Shown piece by piece: positions 1-9,824 of a DNA stretch of 64,000 nt (the stretch's first letter is position 1; the number at the start of each line of letters is the position of its first letter). Source of the stretch: an uncultured bacterium. Lineage in GTDB: Bacteria; Desulfobacterota_D; UBA1144; Nemesobacterales; UBA2774. The translations under genes were made by a program, and so were the position numbers. The stretch lies in the NCBI GenBank assembly GCA_963825135.1, contig CAWGRW010000009.1:2688001-2752000 (forward strand), written 5' to 3'. A model generated the notes under the pieces. The model saw only the letters and a list, made by a program, of their open reading frames with translations. It searched no databases and had not been told where the DNA came from.

Positions 1-1
1 G

Positions 2-289
2 ATACCGAAAGACCCGGACCACCACGGATACATATCGGAGCACCACAGCTACGGTCAGAACGACACGATAGCGGGGGAATACGCGGAGGACCTCGCGGCG
101 TACATGCTCGCGACCACCCTCGGAGCGCCGTTTGACCCGGACAAGAGTTACGACGAGCAAAAGGACATCTGGAAGATAAGCGGCCACACCGTAAAGACCA
201 TGAACAACACCCAGACCTCCGTAGGGGATAAGAGCGGGCTCTGGACGACGGTGATCGCGGCCGTGGTATTCGCCGCCTACCAGCAATAG
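2..289 (+). CDS. Pyruvoyl-dependent arginine decarboxylase, C-terminal part (5' truncated by window edge)
   Basis: Frame from base 2 reads IPKDPDHHGYISEHHSYGQ...AGEYAEDLAAYMLATTLG...WTTVIAAVVF, typical of bacterial pyruvoyl-dependent arginine decarboxylases. Confidence 0.8.
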   Translation: MPKDPDHHGYISEHHSYGQNDTIAGEYAEDLAAYMLATTLGAPFDPDKSYDEQKDIWKISGHTVKTMNNTQTSVGDKSGLWTTVIAAVVFAAYQQ

Positions 290-371
290 CCCCTCGCCGG
301 ACCGTGTCGCGCGCCTGAACCCTGCCCGCGTACTAACCGCCTCGGGAACACTCAGTGAATCGACAATCGGC

Positions 372-938
372 TTACGGCTGTCTGTAGACGGGGAGGCTGT
401 CGAATTTTATCTCGTCGAGCCTGGGATGTTTCCTGTCCCCCTCGGACAGTATCGGGTCCCTGACCGGCCAGTCTATATCGATGCCGGGGTCTGACCACAA
501 TATGCCGTAGTCCTCGTCAAGGGCGTAGAACTGCGTGCACTTATATATAACGTCGGCCGAATCGCTCAGTACGGCGAACCCGTGGGCGAACCCCTCGGGG
601 ATGTAGAGCTGACGGTTGTTAAGCGGCGAGAGATAAACGCCCGTCCACCTGCCGAACCCGGGCGACCCCACCCTTATATCTACCGCGACGTCGAAGATCT
701 CCCCGGTAACGGCCATGACCAGTTTTCCCTGGGGATCCTTCAGCTGGTAGTAAAGCCCGCGCAGTACGTTCTTCACGGAATGGGAGTGTATGTCCTGGAC
801 GAACGTCATTCCGAGACCCGAGGACAGGTATTCGTCGAGGCTGTATATGTCTTTATAGAAACCCCGCGAATCCGAGCGCACCTCGGATTCTATGATCAAT
901 ACTCCGGGCAGGTCTGTCTCTTTAACTGTGAGGGGCAT
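372..938 (-). CDS. rfbC: dTDP-4-dehydrorhamnose 3,5-epimerase family protein
   Basis: VLRGLxYQ, QGKLV, DVAVDIRxGSP, QLYIPEGFAHGF and WSDP motifs of RmlC. Confidence 0.9.
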   Translation of the reverse strand: MPLTVKETDLPGVLIIESEVRSDSRGFYKDIYSLDEYLSSGLGMTFVQDIHSHSVKNVLRGLYYQLKDPQGKLVMAVTGEIFDVAVDIRVGSPGFGRWTGVYLSPLNNRQLYIPEGFAHGFAVLSDSADVIYKCTQFYALDEDYGILWSDPGIDIDWPVRDPILSEGDRKHPRLDEIKFDSLPVYRQP

Positions 939-997
939 TATCGTTCAAACGCGGCTCTGATATTCACACTAGGGCGGCACGAGAGCGCGCGAAGTTT

Positions 998-2653
998 TTA
1001 ACCGCCGAGCATCTCCTTCGCGGCGTCTATAGTTTTTTCCGTAATATTTATTCCGCCTATCATCCGGGCGAGCTCGCTCACCCTCTCGTCCCGCCCCAGG
1101 CTCTTTATCCTCACCTGCGTCTTCTTATCCTCGAGCGTCTTCGTAACGAGCAGGTGCGTATCGGCGAACTTCGCCACCTGCGGGAGGTGCGTGATGCATA
1201 TCAACTGACACGAGCGGGAGAGGTTCTTTATTTTTTTCCCCACCGTCTCGGCCACGGCCCCCCCTATGCCCGAATCCGCCTCGTCGAATATTATCACCGA
1301 GCCCCCGTCCGACTTCGAGATGAGCTCCTTTATCACGAGCATTATACGCGAGAGCTCTCCTCCCGAAGCGACCCGCGCGAGGGGCCTGGGCTCCTCGTCG
1401 GGGTTAGCCGAGAAGAGGAACGAGACGTCGTCCTTCCCGTCGGCTGAAATGTCCTTCTCCGAAATTTCCGCGCGGAACCTGGCGCCCTTTATACCGACCT
1501 CTTTCAACTCCCGCTCGAGCGAGCTTCCGAGCTTAAGCGCGGTTTCTTTTCTAAGCTTCGAAAGTTGTTCCGCCTTTGACAGAAGCTCGGCGGAGATTTT
1601 ATGCGACTCCTCCCGGAGCCTCTCGAGCTCGCCCTCGCACCCAGCGATGCCCCTGAGCTCCCTCCCTATCTCCTCCCTCTTCAAGAGGATGTCCGCGATA
1701 GTGTCGCCGTATTTCCTCTTGAGGTCCCTTATCCCCTGGAGCCTGTCCTCCACCGCTTCGAGCCTGCCGCTCTCCGTGCCGAGGCCCGACGCGTAGTCTC
1801 TCAGCGTGAACGCGGCGTCCTTTAACTGGAGCACGGCGTTCTCCATCGAGCCCGCCGTCTCCTGGAGGGAAGCGTCTATCCTGCCCGCGTCCTCGATCTC
1901 CGAGAAGAGTCTTTGCAGGGAACCGAGGAGGGAGGGCTCGTTCTCGTAAAGGGCCTCGTACGCCCCGCGGGCCGCTGAGAGGAGTCTCTCGCCGTTGAGG
2001 AGCCTCTTCTTCTCGTCCTCGAGCTCGGTGTCCTCCCCTTCCCTGAGGAGGGCGTCGTCTATCTCGGCGCACTGAAATTTTAGGAAGTCTTCTTTCTGAA
2101 AAAGGTTCTTCTGGCTCTCGGCGAGCCTTTCTATCTCTCTGTTGGTATCCCTGTAGCGGGTGTAAATCTCTTTTAACCCGGAAACGAGGGCCCCGAGTCC
2201 CCCGAACTCGTCGAGCACCCTGACATGGTTCTCGGGCCTGAGCAGGCTCTGGTGCTCGTGCTGGCTGAATATGTCTATGATTCCTTCCGAGGCGCGCTCC
2301 AATACAGGGAGCGTGGCAATGCCCCCGTTGATGAAGACCCTGCTCCTGCCCTTTCTGTAGATTACGCGCTTTATAAGGAGCTCTCCGCCCGATACGTCCA
2401 GGCCCAGGGAGTCGAGCCTGTCGCGGAGCGCCCGGTTTCCGGATATGTCGAAGAGGGCTTCCAGGTGGGCCTCTTCCCTGCCCGTCTTGATATATTCGGG
2501 CGAGACCCTGTCCCCCAGTATAACGTTCACGGCGTCGACTATGACGGATTTGCCCGCCCCGGTCTCCCCCGTGATTATATTGAGACCCGCACCGAAGGCG
2601 ACCGAGATTTCGTCAATGACGGTAAAATTCCTGAGACTTAGGCCGAGGAGCAT
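998..2653 (-). CDS. recN: DNA repair protein RecN
   Basis: Walker A TGETGAGKS, ASGGELSR signature, FDEAD Walker B, CITHLPQVA; 551 aa. Confidence 0.97.
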   Translation of the reverse strand: MLLGLSLRNFTVIDEISVAFGAGLNIITGETGAGKSVIVDAVNVILGDRVSPEYIKTGREEAHLEALFDISGNRALRDRLDSLGLDVSGGELLIKRVIYRKGRSRVFINGGIATLPVLERASEGIIDIFSQHEHQSLLRPENHVRVLDEFGGLGALVSGLKEIYTRYRDTNREIERLAESQKNLFQKEDFLKFQCAEIDDALLREGEDTELEDEKKRLLNGERLLSAARGAYEALYENEPSLLGSLQRLFSEIEDAGRIDASLQETAGSMENAVLQLKDAAFTLRDYASGLGTESGRLEAVEDRLQGIRDLKRKYGDTIADILLKREEIGRELRGIAGCEGELERLREESHKISAELLSKAEQLSKLRKETALKLGSSLERELKEVGIKGARFRAEISEKDISADGKDDVSFLFSANPDEEPRPLARVASGGELSRIMLVIKELISKSDGGSVIIFDEADSGIGGAVAETVGKKIKNLSRSCQLICITHLPQVAKFADTHLLVTKTLEDKKTQVRIKSLGRDERVSELARMIGGINITEKTIDAAKEMLGG

Positions 2654-2658
2654 CGACT

Positions 2659-4008
2659 CTACTCGATGAAGCTTTTAAGTATCACTCCCACATCGGAGTC
2701 CTCGAGCTTTTCGAGGGCCCTTTTCTCTATCTGCCTTATGCGCTCCCTCGTAAGCCTGAAGTGCTTTCCTATCTCGTCCAGAGTGAAGGTAGTCTCGAAC
2801 CCTATCCCGAACCTCATTTTAAGTATCTGCTCCTCGCGCGGCGTGAGCGTGGAAAGCGCGTCCTTTATCTTCGACGTGAGCGTGGCCTTCGCTACGGCGT
2901 AATCGGGGGAGCCCGACACGTCGTCCTGTATGAAATCGAGGAGCGTGGTTTTCTCGCCGTCCAGCACCGGGGAATCGAGCTGCACCACTTCCTTCGTGGC
3001 CTCGAGCACCCTCTTCACCCCTTCGACGGAGATACCGGTCTTCCTCGAAATCTCTTCCGGCAGCGGCTTTCTTCCCATCTCCCTGTTCATGGCCGAGCTT
3101 ATCCTGTGGACCTTCGTCGCCTGCTCGAGCACGTAAACGGGCACCCTTATCGTCCTCGTCTGGTCCAGCAGCGAGCGTGAGATCGCCTGGTGTATCCACC
3201 ACGACGCGTATGTGGAGAACTTGTAGCCCTTGGTGTGGTCGAACCTCTCGACCGCCCTCATGAGCCCCACGTTCCCCTCCTGAATGAGGTCGGGGAGAGG
3301 GAGGCCCCTGCTCATGTATCTCTTCGCTATGCTCACCACGAGCCGGAGGTTCGCTTTTATGAACCTTTCTTTAAAACGCCTGGCCCTCATCAGATAGACC
3401 TTCGAGAGGAGCGTCGATCTCCTGATGCTCTTCTTGGCGGCCTCTCCGTCGAGCTTCCTGAGAGCCGATTTAAGCTTCTTGGCCTTGGCGCTTTTCAGGC
3501 GCCTCGCGACGCCGCCGCGGTTTAGGCCCTCGACCTCCGATATGGTGCCCTCGAGGGCTTTCCCGAGACGTTTCTGAAATACTCCTTCGAGCATCGTCCT
3601 CATCTCGGCGGCCCTGGCCTCGCACCTCTTTATCTTGGCCGATACCTCTATCTCCTCTTTCGGCGTAAGGAGAGGCTCCATGCCCATTTCCTTGAAATAC
3701 ACCTGCAGGAGCCTGAATTCCTCGTCAGGGGCGAACTGCTTTCCGCTTTCCTCCGCCGGCTCGTCCTCGGGATTCTCTTCCTTCAAGTCGATTTCGGCTT
3801 CGGAGAGCTCGACCAGGACCTTCTCGTCGATTTCGATCAGGAACTCCTCCTCCTGCGTAACGCTCTCGACTTCGTCCCGGAAATTATCGTATTCCTGGCT
3901 CGTAAAATTCTCTTTTTTCTTTTCCTTCTTCTTGGATATCGGTCCGCTTCTCGACGCCTTTCGGCCGGATGCAGGAAGTGCTTTACTTTTCAGCCTGGGT
4001 TTTCTCAC
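2659..4008 (-). CDS. Sigma-70 family RNA polymerase sigma factor (RpoD/RpoS-like regions 1.2-4)
   Basis: ANLRLVVSIAKRY, DLIQEGNVGLMRAVERFD, YKFSTYASWWI, TRERIRQIE. Confidence 0.93.
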   Translation of the reverse strand: MRKPRLKSKALPASGRKASRSGPISKKKEKKKENFTSQEYDNFRDEVESVTQEEEFLIEIDEKVLVELSEAEIDLKEENPEDEPAEESGKQFAPDEEFRLLQVYFKEMGMEPLLTPKEEIEVSAKIKRCEARAAEMRTMLEGVFQKRLGKALEGTISEVEGLNRGGVARRLKSAKAKKLKSALRKLDGEAAKKSIRRSTLLSKVYLMRARRFKERFIKANLRLVVSIAKRYMSRGLPLPDLIQEGNVGLMRAVERFDHTKGYKFSTYASWWIHQAISRSLLDQTRTIRVPVYVLEQATKVHRISSAMNREMGRKPLPEEISRKTGISVEGVKRVLEATKEVVQLDSPVLDGEKTTLLDFIQDDVSGSPDYAVAKATLTSKIKDALSTLTPREEQILKMRFGIGFETTFTLDEIGKHFRLTRERIRQIEKRALEKLEDSDVGVILKSFIE

Positions 4009-4036
4009 TTTCCATCCTCCTCTAATTTAGATGGCA

Positions 4037-5329
4037 CTACTCTCTAATCTGCCCTTCACCGAAAACGACGAACTTCGTCGTCGTAAGCTCGAGCGCGCCC
4101 ATGGGGCCGAAAGCATGGAGCTTGGAGGTGCTTATGCCTATCTCCGCACCGAGCCCAAGCTCGTAGCCGTCGTTAAACCGCGTGGACGCGTTGACCATGA
4201 CGGCCGATGAATTTACGCCGCTTATAAACTTTTGCGCATTCGTGTAGTTCTCCGTGATTATCGACTCCGTATGCAGGGAGCCGTATTTCTCTATATGGCT
4301 TATCGCCTCGTCTATGTCCTTCACCACCCTTACGCTCAATATGAGGTCGAGATATTCCTCGTACCAGTCCGCTTCCTCCGCTTTCTTGACGCCGGGGAGT
4401 ATTTCCCTGGTCCGCTTGCAGCCTCTGAGCTCGACCCCCTCTTCCTCGAACCTCTTCCCCATCCCGGGCAGAAATTTCCCCGCTATCTTTTCATGGACCA
4501 GCATGGTCTCCATCGCATTGCACACGCCCGGACGCTCTACCTTGGCGTTGACGCACACCCTCTCGGCCATTCCCAAGTCGGCGCTCTCGTCGACGAAGAT
4601 GTGACACACGCCCTTATAGTGCTTGAGCACGGGTATCCTCGAGTTCTCGGAAACGAACCTGATTAGTCCCTCGCCTCCCCTCGGGATGATGAGGTCTATG
4701 TACTCCTCGAGCTTCAGCATCTCGAGGACGGCTTCCCTGTCCGTGACCGGTATAATCTGCACCGCGTCCTCGGGCAGGCCCGCTCTCTTCAAGGAATCCC
4801 TCAGCACTTCCCCTATCGCGAGGTTCGACCTCAACGTCTCCGATCCGCCCCGGAGGATTACGGCGTTTCCCGATTTAACGCAAAGCCCGGCGGCGTCAGC
4901 CGTCACGTTCGGTCTCGATTCGTAAATTATGCCTATCACGCCGAGCGGTATCCTCATCCTGCCTACCCGGAGGCCGTTCGGGCGCTTCCACATGCGCACT
5001 ATCTCTCCGACAGGGTCTTCAAGGGCCGCCACCTGCCTCAACCCGTCCGATATCCCGGACAGGCGGTCCCGGGTCAGCGTCAGCCTGTCTATCATGGCCG
5101 GCGACAGCCCTTTGGAGCGGGCGTCGTCCGCGTCCTTTTTGTTCTCTCCGATTATATACTCGGCCCTGTCGATAATCCCGTCGGACATTCCGAGAAGGGC
5201 ATCGTTTTTCGGAGCCGCGTCGGCCCTGGCCAGTTCATGCGAAGCTTTACGGGCCCGCTCCGCGATATCCGCCAGGAGCTTCGATAGTCGGGTATTCTTC
5301 AGTTTATTTTTCGCTTTAATATCAGACAT
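4037..5329 (-). CDS. proA: Gamma-glutamyl phosphate reductase
   Basis: [46 protein letters not shown]. Confidence 0.97.
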   Translation of the reverse strand: MSDIKAKNKLKNTRLSKLLADIAERARKASHELARADAAPKNDALLGMSDGIIDRAEYIIGENKKDADDARSKGLSPAMIDRLTLTRDRLSGISDGLRQVAALEDPVGEIVRMWKRPNGLRVGRMRIPLGVIGIIYESRPNVTADAAGLCVKSGNAVILRGGSETLRSNLAIGEVLRDSLKRAGLPEDAVQIIPVTDREAVLEMLKLEEYIDLIIPRGGEGLIRFVSENSRIPVLKHYKGVCHIFVDESADLGMAERVCVNAKVERPGVCNAMETMLVHEKIAGKFLPGMGKRFEEEGVELRGCKRTREILPGVKKAEEADWYEEYLDLILSVRVVKDIDEAISHIEKYGSLHTESIITENYTNAQKFISGVNSSAVMVNASTRFNDGYELGLGAEIGISTSKLHAFGPMGALELTTTKFVVFGEGQIRE

Positions 5330-5568
5330 TTAGACAGATCTATGGTCCTAGAGCTGGTAATTAAATCATAATACAACCGGCTGCAAAAAGTCAAGCCTAT
5401 TTTTGCCGTATGGCTGTGAAAGGTGTCAAACGGTGATCGGCGCACTCGAGACCCCGCATTAGTCGACGGCTCGACAAAGTTATATCCGTGCTCGGGCAGC
5501 GCCGTCCGGGGGAACCGTTCCCCGGGAGGCCGGAACCGAAATGCCGTTCGAATTCCCGCCGGCCGGAT

Positions 5569-6510
5569 TTAGAAATCGGCACGGCTCCTGAAATAATCGA
5601 GAGTCCTTATAAGCCCTGTTTCGATGTCTATAACGGGTTTCCAGCCGAGCATCTTCACCGCGAGCGATATGTCGGGCTTCCTCCTTCGCGGGTCGTCTTC
5701 GGGAAGGTCGCTGAAAATAATCCTCGAGCCCGAACCCGTTAACCTGATGATCGTTTGCGCGAGGTCCCGTATAGAGACTTCTTCCGGGTTCCCGGCGTTC
5801 ACCGGTCCTGTAAACCCGTCCGGGCTCCGCATCATCCGTATAATCGCCTCGACCGTATCGTCCACGTAGCAGAAAGACCTCGTGTGGGAGCCGTCTCCGT
5901 AAATCGTTATATCCTCTCCCCTCATGGCCTGCACCATGAAGTTGCTCACGACCCTGCCGTCGTCGGGGAGCATCCTCGGGCCGTACGTGTTGAATATCCT
6001 GAGCACCTTTATCTCTACGCCGTGCTGACGGTAGTAATCGAAGAAAAGCGTCTCCGCGCACCTCTTCCCCTCGTCGTAGCACGCCCGCGGGCCGATCGGA
6101 TTTACGTTGCCCCAGTAGGTTTCTTTCTGCGGATGCTCCGCGGGGTCTCCGTATACCTCGCTCGTGGACGCCTGGAATATCCTTATCCCGAGCCTCTTTG
6201 CGAGCCCGAGCATGTTGATGGACCCCGAGACGTTCACCTTCGTAGTCTGGACCGGGTCCGACTGGTAATGGACGGGGGACGCGGGGCACGCCAGGTTATA
6301 GATTTCGTCGACCTCGAGGTATAGCGGGAAGCAGATATCGTGCCTCAGCACCTCGAAATACGGGTTTCCGAGGAAGGGTTTGACGTTGTCCCTGGTCCCG
6401 GTGAAGAAGTTATCGACGCATATAACCTCGTTCCCTTCGGCCAGGAGCCTTTCAGAGAGGTGGGACCCGATGAACCCTGCCCCGCCCGTTATGAGGACCT
6501 TTTTCCTCAT
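5569..6510 (-). CDS. UDP-glucuronate decarboxylase (UDP-xylose synthase) family SDR
   Basis: [50 protein letters not shown]. Confidence 0.93.
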   Translation of the reverse strand: MRKKVLITGGAGFIGSHLSERLLAEGNEVICVDNFFTGTRDNVKPFLGNPYFEVLRHDICFPLYLEVDEIYNLACPASPVHYQSDPVQTTKVNVSGSINMLGLAKRLGIRIFQASTSEVYGDPAEHPQKETYWGNVNPIGPRACYDEGKRCAETLFFDYYRQHGVEIKVLRIFNTYGPRMLPDDGRVVSNFMVQAMRGEDITIYGDGSHTRSFCYVDDTVEAIIRMMRSPDGFTGPVNAGNPEEVSIRDLAQTIIRLTGSGSRIIFSDLPEDDPRRRKPDISLAVKMLGWKPVIDIETGLIRTLDYFRSRADF

Positions 6511-6555
6511 TCCATATATTCCTTTTCCGTTTTAGCAATTAAGACTATTTTATCG

Positions 6556-7158
6556 CTAGTCGGAATTCACAACGCCCTTGCTCCGGAGGTACCCGATTAT
6601 GAGGTCGGCTCCTTCGGACAGGGTCATCTTGTCCGTCTCTATCACGATCTCGGGCTTGAGCGGGGCCTCGTACGGGTCGTCTATCCCGGTGAACCCCTTT
6701 ATCACGCCCTCTCTCGCCTTCTTGTAAAGACCCTTGACGTCCCTCTTCTCGCAGACCTCGAGCGGCGCGCTAACGTGTATTTCCACGAACTCGCCCGACT
6801 CGACGAGCGCCCTGACCGCGTCCCTGTCCCTCCTGTAGGGACTCACGAAAGCGGACAGCACTATGCATCCCGCCTGTATGAAGAGCCTCGACACCTCCCC
6901 GATGCGCCTGATGTTCTCGGCCCTGTCCGCCTCGGAGAACCCCAGGTCCTTGCAAAGACCCATCCTTACGTTATCGCCGTCCAGGATATAGGTCCTGATG
7001 CCCGAGCTTATGAGCCGCTTTTCGACCTCGTTCGCGAGCGTGGATTTACCCGAGCTCGGGAGCCCGGTAAACCATAGTATAATCGAGCCGTGACCGTTCA
7101 GTTTCCGCCTGTCCTCTTTGGTTATCTCGTGGTTATGAGGGATAACAAATCTCTGCAT
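6556..7158 (-). CDS. cysC: Adenylyl-sulfate kinase
   Basis: WFTGLPSSGKST, LDGDNVR, DRAENIRR, FTGIDDPYE. Confidence 0.96.
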   Translation of the reverse strand: MQRFVIPHNHEITKEDRRKLNGHGSIILWFTGLPSSGKSTLANEVEKRLISSGIRTYILDGDNVRMGLCKDLGFSEADRAENIRRIGEVSRLFIQAGCIVLSAFVSPYRRDRDAVRALVESGEFVEIHVSAPLEVCEKRDVKGLYKKAREGVIKGFTGIDDPYEAPLKPEIVIETDKMTLSEGADLIIGYLRSKGVVNSD

Positions 7159-7360
7159 TAAAACCTCCTGTCTACCTGTCGGTAAGAATTATCGGTAAAA
7201 TGATTTTTGGGACAAGAGTTTAAGGGAAAATACGGAAAGGTCAAAATTTATTTCCGGCAGCGCCCGGTCGGGTCCCTGTACCGCTCCCGTTTTATCCGGA
7301 CAGATTCAAGCCGGGATCATGAATAGCTCAAAATCCCTGACTCCCTTACGCCGGATAGAC

Positions 7361-7385
7361 AAAAAAGGGTGACCGCAGTCACCCC
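7361..7385 (-). terminator. Rho-independent terminator downstream of IPTL-CTERM gene
   Basis: GGGTGAC-cgca-GTCACCC hairpin followed by a T-run on the minus strand. Confidence 0.7.
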
Positions 7386-7414
7386 TGGTTTGTATCCATT
7401 TTATTCAGATTATG

Positions 7415-8096
7415 TTAAGCGGCTGCTTTCCTTCTTCGAATAACCATAATAAATCCAATTATTCCTAAAATACCCGCCGTAGCTATCAGGCCCCATTCGG
7501 AAAGGGTGGGTATGGGCGACGACATCGACCCCGACCCGGCCGTGTAGACGATGCGCTCAAAGGAATCCGAACTATTCAGGTCTTCTGTAGCTCCGCATCG
7601 ATACCCCCCTACGCCCTCATTGCACGTGCCAACACAGCCTTTCATCGTTTGCACCGCTGTCATCCTCATCGCAATTGAATTTTTCTACGCTATCGCCTGC
7701 TCTGACAAATCCCCACGAGTCTTTGCCGGGGGTGTTAAAATACCATCCGACGCCGTTGGCTACGTGTAGAACGTCAGAATTATCGCCCGTATCGAAAGTG
7801 ACGTCGCTCCTGTCGCCCTGGGCAAGCAGGGTCAGTGTAGTGCTTCCGGTCGACCGGCAAGACAGCAACAACCGGCTCCCATGACAGACCCTTAAGACGT
7901 TTTCGGCGTCCAGATTGTTACTATAGGTATCCCGGTAACACTCGGTCCATCCGCCCCCGGTTACAGTGTTTACAGGCACATCTGTTTGCGGTCCGACGGG
8001 CAGGTAGGTTTGAGCGTTTGCTTCAAGGTTATAGAAGGCAAGTGCCGTCAATAGAAAAACCGCTAGTGGTAAATATTTGATTCCATTTTTCATCAT
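7415..8096 (-). CDS. IPTL-CTERM sorting domain secreted protein (split by +1 indel near 7625)
   Basis: Signal peptide in ORF 7617..8114 (RBS before 8096). Removing one base joins LCWHV to NEGVGGYRCGAT...IPTLSEWG-TM-RRRKAAA in ORF 7415..7669. Confidence 0.85.
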
Positions 8097-8245
8097 CCGT
8101 CTCCTGGAATACAACGCTGCAGAGATTATATAACATATCGGGGATGTTAGTCAATCCGGTTTCCGGTATGTACTCAATCGGGAGCAATCCCGGCATCGGT
8201 CATTATTGACAGCCGTCGAGCGGATCAGTCTATTCGTAGGAGGGC

Positions 8246-9289
8246 TTACTCCGCCTTCCACCAGATATTGGGGAACATTTCCCTGAGCCCCCTGTCGCCT
8301 TCTCCCGGCGGCTCGAGCCCGAGCGCCCTCATGTCGGCGTCCACCATTATCCTGACGAGGTCCCTGAATTTAACCCGCGGTTCCCAGCCCAGCTCTTTTC
8401 TAGCTTTTGACGAATCCGCCCTCAGTCCCCTGGAGTCGGTGGGGCGGAAATACCTCGGGTCTATCTTCACATGCTCGCCCCAATCGAGCCCCGCGTAGGA
8501 GAAAGCCTCCTCCACGAACTCCCCGACCGTGTGCGACTCCCCCGTGCCTATGACGTAGTCGCAGGGCGCGTCGTTGTCGAGAATCTTCCAGATCATTTCC
8601 ATATACTCGGGCGCGTAGCCCCAGTCTCTTTCGGGCTTCAGGTCCCCGACGATGAGGAATTTGTCTTCGCACGCTACTATACGCGCAACCGCGCTCGTAA
8701 TCTTTCTCGATACGAATATCTCTCCCTTCCTCGGCGATTCGTGGTTAAACAGTATGCCGCTTGAGGCGAACAGACCGTGCGCCTCTCTGTAGTTTACCGC
8801 CGAGAGGTGAGACATGAGCTTCGCGCACGCATAGGGGCTGTGAGGACGGAAGGGGGAAGACTCGTTCTGGGGAGGGGGCGTCGAGCCGAATATCTCGCTC
8901 GACGAGGACTGACAGAACCTGCAGCCGACGCCGCTCTGCTTTATGGCCTCCAGGATAGTCAACGAGTTCAACCCCGTGATGTCTCCGCTGAACTCGTGCA
9001 TGTCGTATCTGACGTTGACGCGGCCCTGTGACCCGAAGTGATAGACCTCGTCCGGATTTATCCCGTAGATGAGCTTTGTGAGCTCCCCCGAGTCGTATGT
9101 ATCGCAGGCATGGTAATGGAGCGGGGCGCTTTCGCTCCCGCCGCCGAGCTCGCTGCGGTCTATATATTCGTCGCTGGATTTATTAGGCCCGCTGACTATC
9201 CCATGCACCTCGTACCCTATCGAGAGCAGGAACTCCGTCATGTAAGACCCGTCCTGACCGGTAATGCCGCTTATTATCGCTCTCTTCAT
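8246..9289 (-). CDS. gmd: GDP-mannose 4,6-dehydratase (divergent)
   Basis: GITGQDGSY, SPYACAK, GILFNHESPR, RDWGYA, YFRPT. Confidence 0.85.
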   Translation of the reverse strand: MKRAIISGITGQDGSYMTEFLLSIGYEVHGIVSGPNKSSDEYIDRSELGGGSESAPLHYHACDTYDSGELTKLIYGINPDEVYHFGSQGRVNVRYDMHEFSGDITGLNSLTILEAIKQSGVGCRFCQSSSSEIFGSTPPPQNESSPFRPHSPYACAKLMSHLSAVNYREAHGLFASSGILFNHESPRKGEIFVSRKITSAVARIVACEDKFLIVGDLKPERDWGYAPEYMEMIWKILDNDAPCDYVIGTGESHTVGEFVEEAFSYAGLDWGEHVKIDPRYFRPTDSRGLRADSSKARKELGWEPRVKFRDLVRIMVDADMRALGLEPPGEGDRGLREMFPNIWWKAE

Positions 9290-9538
9290 TTTAATCCGCG
9301 TTCACTCAGATTAAGGGATAATCCTGCCGCCGCTCCCGGACCTTCCCGTCCGCCGCGTTTGCCGCGGACCGATATCCACATTCGTATGTGCGGCCGGAAA
9401 TTAAATGATCGAATGATCCCTCTGTGTTTAATTTTATACCCTTATTCACCGCGGGGTACACGTCGGGGAAGAAGATGGAAAAATTGTGTGAAATGGAATA
9501 CCGGACGGGGAGGAAACACATCTCTGAAGTAGCTGCTA

Positions 9539-9568
9539 TCACGCCCGGCCGGAGAAGGCCGGGCGTGA
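9539..9568. terminator. Strong hairpin after the sxtK-like gene
   Basis: TCACGCCCGGCC-ggagaa-GGCCGGGCGTGA, perfect 12-bp stem. Confidence 0.6.
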
Positions 9569-9575
9569 ATAATAT

Positions 9576-9755
9576 CTAAAATAGTGTATATATGAAAGGA
9601 GCCACGGCGGAGCTCTGGGCAAATATGATAAGTAACGCGAAGAGTATCAATATAACAATCATCGGCGTTATCCACCACCATTTATTCTGTATAAAGAACT
9701 GCAGCAGCTCTCCCACTATTCCCATTCTCTCGGTAATGCCCTTTAGGAATGACAT
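9576..9755 (-). CDS. Small membrane protein, SxtK-like / DUF5989 family (59 aa; absent from ORF track)
   Basis: Hand translation MSFLKGITERMGIVGELLQFFIQNKWWWITPMIVILILFALLIIFAQSSAVAPFIYTLF, with GGAGG RBS. KWW..P and C-terminal APFIYTLF are family hallmarks. Confidence 0.88.
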   Translation of the reverse strand: MSFLKGITERMGIVGELLQFFIQNKWWWITPMIVILILFALLIIFAQSSAVAPFIYTLF

Positions 9756-9824
9756 TTGAATATTCCCTCCGATAAGTGAATAAAGTATAACAGTATTTTA
9801 TAGGATTCTGTCGGCCCGCGCCAA

